A DNA stretch of 63,675 nt, the filler included, from Nemertoderma westbladi (taxonomy: Eukaryota; Animalia; Xenacoelomorpha): assembly GCA_032718475.1 (NCBI GenBank). It is 4 parts of 4 records of this genome, joined end to end, with 100 filler letters (N's around TTAATTAATTAA, not from the genome) between each part and the next. Parts side by side here need not be neighbours in the genome. Positions count along the whole stretch, not along the records: positions 1 to 29,238 come from JAUCBJ010007840.1; 3 more parts are not named here. One strand, 5' to 3'. How positions within the stretch are numbered: position 1 is the stretch's first letter; each line of letters begins with the position of its first letter. Positions 1 to 12,951 of the stretch are shown one piece after another. The notes under the pieces were generated by a model that was not told where the DNA came from, made no database searches, and saw nothing but the letters and a program-made list of their open reading frames with translations. The position numbers and the translations under genes are program-made.

Positions 1-411
1 TAGACGCTATTCCACAAAGATCAGGAAAGAAACCTGCGTTTGTTCAGATAACTTAAACTAATCTCTAAGAAGATATCGAACTTGGACGACTCTATTCTCC
101 GCGAGATTTTTGGACGAATGTATCCACCGACGAGCAGAGGAAAATCAGCTCGAGGAGAAGCATATCGAAACGGCGGATACCCCGACTATAAGCCTGCACC
201 CTCTGATGCAATTATATTGCACCTTTCACCCAGGAGTTATAGCCCTCCTTGTAAAGTGGTTCGCCCCAAAGAGAAAAGGACTCTGGCCAGCTTTAAAAAA
301 CTGCGTAAACGCCGTCCGCGCAAGAAAGACTAACGGTTTAGAGTATTTATGTATATTAGAAACTGTGATCTCGTATATTTTATAGACTTCAATCCCATTT
401 TCTGGGAGCGG

Positions 412-1691
412 TGTAAAAGCTTCTGTGGGATGCAACTGGTCCTTCGCCCCGCGATCCAGTTTTTCCCCCATACGCTGAAATACTCTGAAACCTGCTGTAA
501 AAGCGTTTACAGATATAATTGGATCCCCTAGCCCTCGGGGTGCTGTATAAGTGTTTTTAACGGACATAAAATAGATTCTTCTGAATGTGTGCTTTATGCG
601 GACGTAGCAGGGTACACAACCCGCAATGCGGCATTTCACTGTCACTATGTCAAGGGAAGGATTCTGATTACGACATCTCCCAGCTGGATGATGACGTGGA
701 GGGAGCTCTCATTGGACTCCTGGTTCCTTTGTTTTGGTCTAACAACCAATCAGGGTGATTTGCGTTTTCCTTGAAGAGATACCTACAGCAGCTCCCAAAC
801 TCAGTGTTTATGTCGTTCCATACTGCCTGAAGATCGGCTGGAATGACGCAATGTTTCTGCCTTTTTGTAAGAACATTAGTAGGCTAAATTATAGAAAGCA
901 TAGCTATTATCGATTCGATCCGATTCGATTCGACACGATTCCAATTTATAACTTAACGATTCAATGCAATCTAATTATATCTTAACCTACCGTCATACTG
1001 CTTTTACTGTTTGTAATTTTGTATCAGTATAATTGGATGTTATTAGTTGAAGAATATCAATAATCAACCCACATTTTCCCAATATCTTTGATACACTACA
1101 GGTTAGAGAGAAAGGTTATGTACAACAATTGCGACTTTATTATTGTGTTTGTAGTGAATCTAATGTTGTTTGACAGACACTACCTGAGTCCAGTGCATAT
1201 CTCTTTATACCTGATCAAAGTCAGTAACTGTCGGCATATCAGTGAGCAGTGTTGTGCGTTACCGGTAGCGTGCGTGATTGTAAAGTGATTGGATCTGATA
1301 ATAAAGCATTCCTAAAGAATGCGCCCTATGCTTGAAATTTAAGCCATATCGTTGTGTGTAGTATCAGTCATAACTCTGTTTACATAGGTAGAGCGCCGCG
1401 TCCTAAAAGGAACTGCTAATATTTCCCGAAAGTGAATAATATTTGTCAGAGATTATATATTAGTAATCAATCGAATAATACAGTAGGCTTGACCGCAAAA
1501 TAAATTTAAGCCCACGAATCCAGTCTCCCGGTGTTATAAACGGGTCATTTGGACGCGCATGGACTGGCTTCGGCTAATGTTTTTGGTTTGTTTTTGTATT
1601 AAATCTTGTCATCTTATAAAAGGCAGTTTATCAATAAAGACATATAAATTTCGGCAGGTTAAACTGCTGAAGGTCTATAAAAGCGCGTACA
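412..1691 (+). mobile_element. LTR (3' LTR) of an unclassified long-LTR retrotransposon family, copy 1
   Basis: Starts TGTAAAAGC right after a purine tract (GGGAGCGG, 404-411) and ends ...GCGCGTACA, where similarity to the other copies stops. Homologous in reverse complement to 35803-38407 and 59634-60876. Confidence 0.75.
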
Positions 1692-2434
1692 TGTCCTGTC
1701 TTATTATTTTACGTGATGTCTCTCTGCCTTGGTTATAGAACGTATTGAAAGCATAAATCATAATGAAGCATGTCAATTATAAAATGGTGGCTCATTGAAC
1801 AGCCAGGGGGTGGGAACCGTCTTGCAGACCTACATAATTTGAAATGTGTGTATTATATATCAACACTGTAAAAGTCATGTCATAATGTTTTGTTGTAATA
1901 TATAGGCCTAATATTCTTCCGTGGCTGGTAAGCCCTTACCATTAATTAAATGTACCTAATTAATAAATTGGTTCATAGACTATAATTAACTTCTGCCACC
2001 AAAGCCTTTCAGGTATGGAAAAGCTGTCACTGGGACTTGAGATTTTTTCAAAATGGCCGCATAAATTTTCACGTAACACCCTCACTGATACAACCCATAC
2101 AATACAAAGCAATCTAAGAAATGGGTGTGATGATTTAAATCTGAATCAGTTGCACAGACAGAATGTGGCAAAAATTGCCAATCAAACTGAAATAATATGT
2201 GGAAGAAGAATATGCGTGAAAGTGTTAACACATCGGGTTAATGGCCAATATTTGTCAATTTATATGCCATTTAATTAATCATTTACCGAGTGTCACGAGT
2301 GTCACCGAGTACAAAAAATCGGAATACAAAAAATATACAAAACTATGACGTGTTTGACTTCATTTGTTTTATTTTTTGACTTCCACATTATTGTTTAGAC
2401 ATTTAATATCAACGAAGTTTTATATCTTCCACAG

Positions 2435-2497
2435 CGTAAATGCGAATACTATTGGCCTAGAGAAGTTGGGCAAGAGGACATATACGGTGAGATAAAG
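2435..2497 (+). CDS. Single exon of a classical protein tyrosine phosphatase
   Basis: 63 nt between cttccacAG and GTacgt; translates RKCEYYWPREVGQEDIYGEIK, matching the KCxxYWP motif of PTP domains. No other exons recognised. Confidence 0.65.
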
Positions 2498-2520
2498 GTA
2501 CGTACCCTATCCTAATAAAA

Positions 2521-2747
2521 ACCCTACCCTACCCTACCCTACCCTACCCTACCCTACACTACCCTACCCTACCCTACCCAACCCTACCCTACCCAACCCT
2601 ACCCTACCCTACCCTACCCTACCCTACCCTACCCTACCCTACCCTACCCTACCCTACCCTACCCTACCCTACCCTACCCTACCCTACCCTACCCTACCCT
2701 ACCCTACCCTACCCTACCCTACCCTACCCTACCCTACCCTACCCTAC
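2521..2747. repeat. (CCCTA)n microsatellite
   Basis: Direct reading, about 45 units with a few variants. Confidence 0.97.
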
Positions 2748-3300
2748 TCATGTAATTAATTACCTTTGTAATAACATTAAGGTCTGAACCATAAAACCAT
2801 TGTCACATATATTATTAAACATATATAGATATGGGCCTACAACTATTATTGGTGCCGGCACTTCCTGTGCCTGACACAGTATACCGTTACAGTGGTACTG
2901 ACTCACAACGCAGTATTATATATCACATATCGGTAGCATGTCTGCATGTCATATATCAATAACCACCACCAGATAACGGGGGAGGGGGGCATATTCTCAA
3001 TGGGAATACATCATCTCCCTTTCAAGCTATAAATATTATACTTCTTCATCGATAATATTTATTGCTTTACTAAAACAATATTTTTTATTTTTATTGCAAT
3101 AATTATAATATAACGATTAGTACTGGTTATTTATTTATGAGTAGCCTACATATCTTCCTTTCAAGCTAAAATATATTTTATACGCATTTAGTTTTAAAAA
3201 TATTATTTTTGTTTAATTTGAAAAAAAAAGTTTTGTTTCAGTTTCAAGTAAAATAAAGGACATCTCCAGTACAATTATTTGATCAATAAAATACTTAATT

Positions 3301-4284
3301 TCAATCAAACTTAAAGCGAACTGTGTTTTTCTTAATGCGTGTCCTATGCCGTAAATTTACTGTAGTATCAGAATCCGAGATAGATGGATTAACGCTTTCA
3401 CCCGACGCATTAGTGTATGATGGGCGGAGGAAACGTCTATTTCGCCAGATAACTTGTCCTGATGATGGTAACCGTACATCATAGTCGCGGTGTGTCCCTA
3501 TTTCTGCGACGATCCCGGTTTTGGACCATCTTTTAGTTTTTGGGTTCTGAATGAGAACCCTGGTTCCTGGTTCGAGTAACGGGAGATCACGAGCATTCTG
3601 GTTGTATCGAATCTCGGCCTTCTTTGATTCCCTCCAAGCGACCTCGTTTGCCGAATGGGCCTGTTGTTGCCACTCTTTAGCAAACGATCTGTAGTGTGCT
3701 GGAACCTGTGAACGGAGCGGGTGGCCGTAAACTATTTGGGAAGGTGAACGGCCGTCTATTCTTGGAGAATTCCGAAGTTCTAGAAGGCCACGTAAAAACG
3801 GTTCAGTGTCTATACGACCGTCATCGGCTTTGGCCACGAGGTTTTTCAAAATCCGCACATTAACCTCGGCGTGTCCATTCGATTGGGGGTAGTATGGTGT
3901 GGATGGCTCCCAACGAACGCCCCAGCGACAAAGAAAATGACGAAATTCTTTGGACTGGTATTGGGGCCCCCCGTCCGAACGCATGCGAACGGGTACTCCG
4001 GTTTGCACAAAATATTGACGGACCTGTGCAATAACCTGGGAGGTCGATGGGTCGGATGCCCATCTGGCTATGAATGGGAACCCTGAGAGTCTATCCACGT
4101 ATGTAAGATAACATTTTCCACCACAGTAGAAAAGGTCTGAAGAAACCGATTCAAAAATTCTAGATGGTGGGGGATCAGCAAAGTATGTTTCTTTATGGTT
4201 GCTAGGCAACCGTTCTTGACATTTCACATTGTCTGACTCTATTAGTAAGGTCACTGTTGATTCCAGGCCACTAAACTGATTCAC
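3301..4284 (-). pseudogene. Gypsy integrase core (frameshifted from upstream pol)
   Basis: 327-aa ORF with DDE-region motifs SSDLF, VDRLSGFP, SDGGPQY, PQSNGHAE. Confidence 0.9.
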
Positions 4285-5389
4285 GTGATCGTCGCTTCAT
4301 CCGCTCAATACCTTGATGGGAGTCATGTAAACGGTCAATGACCTCTTTACGGAGTGTTTTAGGAATAATTAATCGTCGGCCAAATATGACAAGGTTATCG
4401 TCTATAGACAATTCATTCCATGTACCCTTCAGCTGTTGTACAAACGAGTTATTAGTAAATGGGAGTGTGAAGATAGTTTTTACAGCATTAATTAGAGCCT
4501 GATAATCCTCATCAGTTGTGGCAACGTTGTTAATTTTCTCTAGAATAGGATCAACATATGGCGGCGATCGATTAAATTCTGAGTCATCTAAGGCTGTAAC
4601 TGCAGCTTGTATAGCAATGGCAGAAATATTCTTCATTATTTTCCCCTCATTTTCGTCCTCCATGTCAGGATCTGAAACGGGGGCCCGGGAAAGAGCATCG
4701 GCGATACAGTGGTCCTTCCCTTTTCGCCATATTAAATTGAAATTATATTCGCTAAGTTTCATTTTAAAATTCTGGATTCGGACATTTTCCACCATATCAA
4801 GAGTATGAGTATTAAAAATCGGCAAGAGGGGGCGGTGATCCGTGACTACTGTGTAATTGGGTAAACCAGACAAATACATTCTGCATTTACGAGTCGCCCA
4901 CAAGATTGCGAGGGCTTCTAACTCAATAGTAGCATATCGAGTTTCCGCTTCGGTGAGGAATCTGGATCCGCATTGAAGTAATCTAAAACTGTCTGAATTG
5001 TTTTGTTTTTGTAGTAATGCAAATCCTAGCTAGACCTTTGGTACGTGACGCATCAGTTTCTAATACTATCTCTGATTTTGGGTTGAATGTTGTTAAAATA
5101 GGGGGGCTGCAAGTGCTTTTTTAACCTCATTAAATGCAGTTTTATGATTTTCAGTCCAAATAAAATCATTCCTCATTTTCATTATATCACGGAGAGGACT
5201 AGCAGCACTACTGATTTCATTCGAAAACGGGGCCAATTGCTGGACCAGTCCCATAAATGATCTCAATTCAGATCGATTAGTGGGTGTTGGAAACTGTGAT
5301 ATTGAATCCACTTTATTGGAGTCAGCCTTAATTCCACAATCAGTGACTATGTATCCAGCAAACTTGACTTCACTTTTAGCAAATTTGAA

Positions 5390-6241
5390 TTACTGCACAT
5401 TTAATGTTATGTTGTGTTTGGCACAACGTTCTAGAACAGTACATATTCTGTCGGTATGTATCTTAAAATCATTATCCTCAACCAAAATGCCATCCACCAG
5501 TCTGTGAATATTTTCTATATCTGACAATACCAAATCATTTCTTAAATTATAAGAATCTCCGGTATTAATATAACCCCTAGGTGCACGGAGAAAAGTAAAC
5601 CGTCCCCAAGGCGTTATAAAACAGGTCAGGTCTCTAGCCTCTGGGTGTAGATCGACTTGCCAATATCCTTTTTTGGCATCTAAGACGTTTAAATATTTGG
5701 ATGTTGAGGAAATGTCAGCTACAACATTAAGAGGTGGATTTGTTGGATGGACTACCCTCTTTATCTGTCTATTAAGGTTTGTGAGATCCACGCACATTCG
5801 AATCCCTCCGTTAGGTTTATTTGCCACAACGAGTGGATGGCACCACTCGGTGGGGCGGTCACCGACTGGTTCAATTATACCACCAGCAACCATGTCATCC
5901 AGCTCCTTCACTTGCTCCCTCCTTGCAAAGGGAATATATCGAGCTGCATGAACTGCAAAGGGTTTAAAATCCGCTTTTAACTCGATCCTCATGGGATCAC
6001 CAATAGTAGAGCCTACCATGCTCCGCAGTTCAATATTTGAATAAAAAACCGTTGTATAATGTTTAATTAACTCCTCGCGAATATTTGTTATTTCATTGTC
6101 GGAAGGATTTTTAGGTAAGTTATTTATCCACTTTGTGCGGGAGGTTTGTACAAAAATAGGTTGAGATCCCTTTTTAAATTTGGGTGTATCAAGGTCTGTT
6201 TTAGATTGACAACCAGAGCATAGGTGAGTCGCAGTTTTCAT
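5390..6241 (-). pseudogene. Gypsy reverse transcriptase fragment
   Basis: RT motifs present, catalytic DD reads DG, and a premature stop follows. Confidence 0.9.
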
Positions 6242-6367
6242 TTCACTGCATAATGGAGGGGGTTTTGGAAAACTCCAAGGAACAATACCTAGTTTTTTTC
6301 ATGTATTGAGGGACAGATACATAAATTCAACATCTTGACTTATTTTTACTTCCTCAATAACCTGTCT

Positions 6368-6481
6368 ACCTACCCTACCCTACCCTACCCTACCCTACCC
6401 TACCCTACCCTACCCTACCCTACCCTACCCTACCCTACCCTACCCTACCCTACCCTACCCTACCCTACCCTACCCTACCCT
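6368..6481. repeat. (CCCTA)n microsatellite
   Basis: Direct reading, about 22 units; truncates the Gypsy protease region. Confidence 0.97.
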
Positions 6482-7667
6482 GGGTGTTTAGTCGAGAGCG
6501 TTGTATATTCTAGAGGTGTGTTTATTCGAGAGAGGTGTTTATGTGAGAGCGTAATATATTCGAGAGAAGTGTTTAGTCGAGGTCGTTATATATTCGAGAG
6601 GTGTGTTTATTCGAGAAGGTGTTTTTATTCGAGAGGAGTGTTTATTTGAGAGGAATGCTTATTTGAGATGTGTGTTTAGTCGAGAGCAGTGTATATTCGA
6701 GAGGGGTGTTTGTTCGAGAGGGGTTTTTATTCAAGAGTGGTGTTTCTTCGAGAGGGGTGTTTATTCGAGAGGGGTGTTTATTTGAGAGCGTTATATATTC
6801 GAGAGAAGTGTTTAGTCGAGAGCGTTATATATTCGAGAGGTGTGTTTATTCGAGAAGGTGTATTTATTTGAGAGGGGTGTTTATTCGAGAGGGGTGTTTA
6901 TTCGAGATTGGTGTTTATTCGAGAGTGGTGTTTATTTCAGAGGACTGCTTATTCGAGAGGAGTGTTTAGTCGAGAGCGTTGTATATTCGAGATGTGTGTT
7001 TATTCGAGAGGTGTGTTTATTCGAGAAGGGTGGTTATTCGAGAAGGTGTTTTTATTCGAGAGGAGTGTTTATTTGAGAGGACTGCTTACGTGAGAGGTGT
7101 GTTTAGTCGAGAGCAGTGTATATTCGAGAGGGGTGTTTGTTCGAGAGGGGTTTTTATTCGAGAGTGGTGTTTCTTCGAGAGGGGTGTTTATTCGAGAGGG
7201 GTGTTTATTTGAGAGCGTTATATATTCGAGAGAAGTGTTTAGGGGTGTTTATTCGAGGGGGTGTTTAGTTGAGGGCGTTGTATATTTGAGAGGTGTGTTT
7301 ATTCGAGCGAGGAGGGTGTTTATTCGAGAGGTGTGTTTATTCGAGAGGGGTGTTTATTCGAGAGCTGTGTTTATTTGAGAGGGGTGTTTATTTGAGAGGA
7401 CTGCTTATTCGAGAGGAGAGTTTAGTCGAGACCGTTGTATATTCGAGAGGTGTGTTTATTCGAGCGAGGAGGGTGTTTATTCGAGAGGTGTGTTTATTCG
7501 AGAGGGGTGTTTATTCGAGAGCTGTGTTTATGTGAGAGGGGTGTTTATTTGAGAGGACTGCTTATTCGAGAGGAGTGTTTAGTCGAGACCGTTGTATATT
7601 TGAGAGGTGTGTGTTTATTCGAGAGGGGTGTTTATTCGAGAGTGGTGTTTATTCCAGAGGTGTGTTT
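6482..7667. repeat. Degenerate ~16-19 bp minisatellite (GTGTTTATTCGAGAGG core)
   Basis: Dozens of variant units with longer-range duplicated blocks; ends abruptly at the Copia LTR. Confidence 0.9.
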
Positions 7668-7868
7668 TGTTATATTTGAATAATAATCAGTTTGATCGAG
7701 TTATTATATTACAGTTTAACCAATATATATAGTCAGACAGTTGAATCCAGTTAGATATAGAATCATGAACTGTAGCCTACTGATTACCGGTACGCGGTAA
7801 CCATACTACCGTACCTATATCAGCCAACAACACATACCGTCATCCAGGTACTGTCTACAGTATTAACA
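7668..7868 (-). repeat. Copia 3' LTR
   Basis: Direct repeat of 12952-13152, 8 mismatches in 201 bp by eye. Confidence 0.95.
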
Positions 7869-8049
7869 ATCTTCCGTTTCTTTCCTTTTTAGTTTGTTCC
7901 ACAAATAAATTCTAACTATAAAAAAAAACTATTCTGGCCATAAGTCAATTATGGTCTTAAGTTTCAACTTGTACAAATACAAATCGGATAGTCATTCAAT
8001 TAGTTACTTTCAGTTTGTTACATTCATTGAAATTTATGCTATCGGCTTG

Positions 8050-11000
8050 TCAAACATGACCAGTTAGATTTTCCAAAAGCTCATACATCACAAACGGGTC
8101 GTTCAATATGCGTTTTAATAAAACAACGGACTGACTTTTTGCTTTGGTCAGTGTATCAGCAATCTGCAACTTTGTTGGAATCCATTTCAGTTTTTTTAAT
8201 ATCAACCACGAGTTCTTTAATAAATGCAAAGTCAATTGCCAGTCGTTTCTCTATCGGAATCTTCCCATTATATAAATCCTGAACCAATCCTTTGTGATCG
8301 GAGTAAAAATGACAATCAATTAGATCAGATCGCAATATAGACTTCATAAACATCTGAATATATCGACCCATATCGACACCCTCTACCAGGGCAAACGTCT
8401 CGGCAGATAATGTACTTTTAGTAACACGCCGACAACAACGGCTAGCCCAATATAACAAATAATGTCCCCAGAAAATATAGATAGCTAAGCGAGACGGGTT
8501 ACCAAACGAAGAATCAACGAATATATAAAGATTAGGAATTGTTGAACGCACTGCTTCGGGAGGATCTGCGGTTTCTGGATGGTAATATTTCAATATAACC
8601 TTTTCAGACTTTATCTTCCTTACTGTTTTGTTTAATAACGCGATATCGTCCGCGTTTGGAGAGTTAATCTGAGATAAACTCCCTACAATAAATCCGATAT
8701 CTGGTCTAGTGTTTGTTGAAACCCACATTAGCTTCCCCAATGTTGATTTGAAATATGATTTGCACGATAACTCACTATCTTTGTCAATAACCTCAAAATC
8801 AATGCCTTCAATATACTGTTCTTGTGATATTTCATAACTACCATTATCTAGCTGGCGAATGCATACTCCCAGAAACTTAGTCCATGTATCTTTGATTCGC
8901 CGGACTTTACCCACTTTCAACAAATGTGCAATGCCTTCACGAACCTTAGGAAGACCATTCACACCACCTATGAGAAGGTCATCAACGTGTGTTGCTATCA
9001 TACCAACAAGTCTATCATGTTCATCATAATTTGTATACAACGCTGGATCAAATTGGTTTTGAAAGTTACCCAGTACAAACAGCTCTTCCTGCAACTTATG
9101 ATACCAATACCTACAGGCATCCTGTAACCCATAGACGGCTTTATTTAATTTCCAGAATACATTCGCAGCTTTGATTTCTTTTGATTTGGTGCTTAATTTG
9201 TTTATGTACTCTGGAGGTGGTACAGCATAAATAACTCGATCACTTTCAAAGTTATTACTCTGAAGAAAGGCCGTTTTAATATCAATGACCCACAAATCCC
9301 ACTTAAATAAAGAAGCCATGGATAACAGAGTTCGTATCGATGTCTTGTCACAAGTTGGCGAAAATGAGATTGGATCTTCTTTATCCTGAAATCCTTTAAC
9401 TACCAAACGGGCCTTTGTAAATTTTATACCTTCCACATCTTTCTCCGTAATAACCCAGCGAGTCTGAACAATATTAGCTTTACTAGGAACTTCATAGACT
9501 TCCGTATATACATCATTCTGCAGCCAGTTTAACAGTTCCTGTTCCTTGGCTGCCTCAGTGTCTAGCAAAGGTGTAGGTCTTTGTTCGCCAAAATAACCAT
9601 AGAACTCTGGCGGTTTGCGCTCTCTTGTAGGATATTTCGAAGAAACTTCCGAAAGAATTGGTTCTTCCATGACCTCACAATTATCAATACTAGTCGATTC
9701 CATAGACGGCATCATTGCGTCATCGTAATTAGCACTGGACGCATTCAAATCGTCAGAGTATGACTCAGAAGTTGAACCATTGGGATTGACTTGTTTGACT
9801 TTATTTATCGCCGGTAATTCTTCTGGATCAGAAGTGCCAACACTTCCTGAGTGGCTATAATCTTCAACTATCATGTCTGTGTCTTCGGTTTCTTTGAACT
9901 CACTTCCAAATCCCAGTTTGGCACTATCGTGTAGCTTAATTTTTGATCTATGACAACGGATATAGCGAGAGCCATGACCAACAAGTATTTCCGAACCTTT
10001 AACAGCAACAACCTTCGCTGGACCACACCACTTGCCCGCAGTGTTATAATAATATACTGCATCTCCATTGACAACCTCACTATTAGATGGTCGTATGTTT
10101 CTTTGTAATGCTCTACGAACCCGACTAGAAGCATCCGATTTTGCAAATTGTTCCCTCACATCATTCAACAAAGCGATATGTTCAATAACAGATTTGCTAA
10201 CTGATTGTGAATTATCTAAAGCACATAAGTTGTCCGTCAAAACTCCTCCTATATTCGGGCCCCTGCCAAACATTATTTGGTGTGGAGAAAAGCCATTATG
10301 ATTTGGCCAAGCATTCTTTACAAACGTAGCCATAGTTAATATTTTATAATCAGAATAGCTCTGATTATCCGATTTTATTCGACAATATATATCCTTAATT
10401 AAACCATTATGTCTCTCCGTTATTCCGTTGCTGAATGGAGAGTATGGTGCCGTAACATCATGTGTCATATTAAGCTTATTGCACAACTCAGTAAAGCTTA
10501 TAGCAACGAACTCACCACCATTATCTGTGAAGACTGATTTGTTAGGTGGACCAAAAATAGAATACCATTTATCCAATAATGCACTCTGAACACTTGTGGA
10601 CAATTTATTTGGCAGTATCATTGTCATACTATAGCGAGAGAATAAGTCTACAACGTGAAGAACAGGCTTACCATGGCTGTAATTCAACTCTTCCATAAAA
10701 AATAAATCTAAACCGATAATATCGTTACATGTTTTGCCAAGAGGCAGTGAAACAATTGGATTAGATGGTTTTCTTCTTCCATGTATTTTACATTCAGCAC
10801 AATCCTTCATTACTTCATCAACAAAAGTTATATAGGACTCACCAACAAACAAGCCAGACTGTTCGATCAGCTTAATTAGCGTTTGTTTCGATGGATGAGC
10901 GAACTGTTTATGAAGTTTCAGAATCTCCTTATATGATAACTGCAATTGAGATTTCGGATTCTGCAATTTCCCACGTTCGGTTTCACTAGAATCGATGTGA

Positions 11001-12469
11001 TTATCACCGTTGTCAGCTCTTTTATCAGCTGTATCTGTGATTAATGCAGTATTAATAAGCCTTTCACCTGGAATTAGTGGAATCGCACAGTGACCAGATA
11101 TTAACTCAACAAGTTGCACTGCTGATCCATTAATTGTTGCAATATTTGCCGAAATATCTAGCATTACCTGAAGTTTGGCCATTGTTGGTCGAGAGAGTAG
11201 TAGTGGCAATGATCCCTCTATAACGTCAACAGATATTTTATACGTAATATCATTAACCGGAATATCAAGAATATAGTTCTGTTTTGCAATAATCTTTTCT
11301 TCTCCACCGCCGAATATATATACTGAATAAGTGGTACGAGAAGAAGGATTTACATTGAATATAGCCTTATAAGTTTCAAGCCATTCAGTTCCAGAAACAG
11401 TCTTCGTGCAAGCAGTGTCCAAAATGGCATAAATGTCAGTTGTTTTTCTAATGAAGTTATTAGTTTTCTTGGTCGGTTTTGCAAGAAACACGCTATTTTT
11501 AAACAGATGTTTAAGAAAGTAAACATTTCGTTCATTATCTCCAGAATCTTCTCTACACCCAATGAGCATCTTTTCATTATCAGATTCTGATTCATTATGC
11601 GGACAGAGATCATCTGTATGGAGTACAGACTCACATACATTACATTGAGATTTATGGGGACAATCCCGTTGAAAGTGATATATCGAATCGCAGACTCGGC
11701 AGCGGTTGTTTTTATTAGGGCCCTTGACATTTGAATTAGTAAATGGTAAAGGTAGTTTGCTGGTGTTTATCGAGTTTGGCTTAAACGATCTACCGGTGCC
11801 AGTACCTAGGTTGGATTTGGATTGAAAACGTGACGGTTTCTTATTCCTAAAATTAGCCTCCAAAGCAATTTCAGTTTTTAGTTCTTCGGAATCAAATCTC
11901 GATTCATCGGTGCCTAACTTGGAATTACCAGATCCAATATCCGACATCATTCTCAAAATATGTCGTTTCACGTCATTAAATTCAAGTTTAGCAGTTGCCA
12001 AAATCATTTTGCGCTCACTATTACTTAAATTGGATTTATGTATCAATTCGGCCGCCAAAATAGAATCGTCAAACGTAAGACCAAATTCTTTTAGGTTACT
12101 CACCATACTCTCGAATTTTATCACAAAGTCACGCACATTTTCATTGGAATTTCGACAAAAATTCCGAAATATAACAAAATTGTTGTAGGCATCTTCCTCT
12201 TTTTCTTTTAAAAACGTTTCATCCAATTGTCTAATAAGAGAAGCTAAACCGCCATCCACCGCTAATGCGGGAACGTCTAAGTCCAAAGCTTTATCTTTGG
12301 CAACACCACGAAGATTAAGAATTACTGTAGCTGCTTGTTTCGCCGCTGAAGTTTCTGTTATCGATTCCCAAACTAAGATTTCTTTCTTCCACCGACGATA
12401 GTTTGGATTCTTTCCAGATGGATCAAATACGGGAGGTGGTATACGATTTGAATTATTACCCGTTGCCAT
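8050..12469 (-). CDS. Copia gag-pol polyprotein (1437-aa ORF plus frameshifted RNase H tail)
   Basis: Two CCHC knuckles (CRVCDSIYHFQRDC, CNVCESVLHTDDLC), protease LDTAC, integrase HHCC and TDNGGEF, RT KARLVVKGFQ / DIKTAFLQ / HVDD, RNase H. A frameshift in the T-run near 8191 separates the ...QIADTLTK tail ending at 8050. Confidence 0.93.
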
Positions 12470-12951
12470 ATTCTGATTACAGGATTGCCGTTAATCGTAG
12501 TATGTAAACCAGAAACACCTTGTCTGCAGTCACCGGTACGGTAGGCCTAGCACCTAGGGTAGGCCTAGCACCTAGGCCTATACAATCAGACGGTACGGAT
12601 CAACTGGCACTGTCGTTTCGTAGGAATTATCAGTGAGGTTGACAGGTTGAAATGTACCGGTACGGTACCGTAGGCTACCGTACAGAAGTTCCAGAATGCC
12701 AGAAATCCCTGCGAAAAATTGATTCTCACAATACCGATAGGCCTACCGGTAAATAATTAAGAAAGCGTCATCACGCCAGATCCGCCATCACGGAATTGAG
12801 GTTAAACGTTAAACGTCGAACTGGAGCGCCATCACGCCTGCGCCATCACGCAGAATTCAAATGTACCGTCAGACCGTAAAAAAAAACTTGCGCCGTCACG
12901 CCTGCGCCATCACGCATTTAAACCGTAATAAAGTGTAAGCTCTGCTACCAT

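Larger units (their letters stand above)
2751..6360 (-). mobile_element. Decayed, 5'-truncated Ty3/Gypsy retrotransposon (Mag-like pol) with probable 3' LTR
   Basis: Broken ORFs in RT-RNaseH-IN order: RT (WCHPLVV, CVDLTNLN, LDAKKGYWQV, defective LVDG), RNase H (TDHRPL, IADALSR), integrase (LHDSHQG, SDGGPQY, PQSNGHAE). PPT GAAAGGGAGA (3014-3023) precedes TGATG at 3013; LTR tentatively 2751-3013. Confidence 0.92.

Noticed and set aside
82-385. Short ORFs upstream of the first LTR
   Set aside because: No recognisable motif and stops in all frames nearby; probably element 3' internal sequence.
1440-1470. Group I intron R-like TCAGAGATTA in the LTR structure
   Set aside because: No conserved P7 partner or other core elements across the three copies.
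2521-2747. True telomere
   Set aside because: Short, internal tracts, and the unit is TAGGG rather than TTAGGG.
6335-7683. Cluster of short RGVFIRE / YPTLP ORFs
   Set aside because: Translations of micro- and minisatellite.
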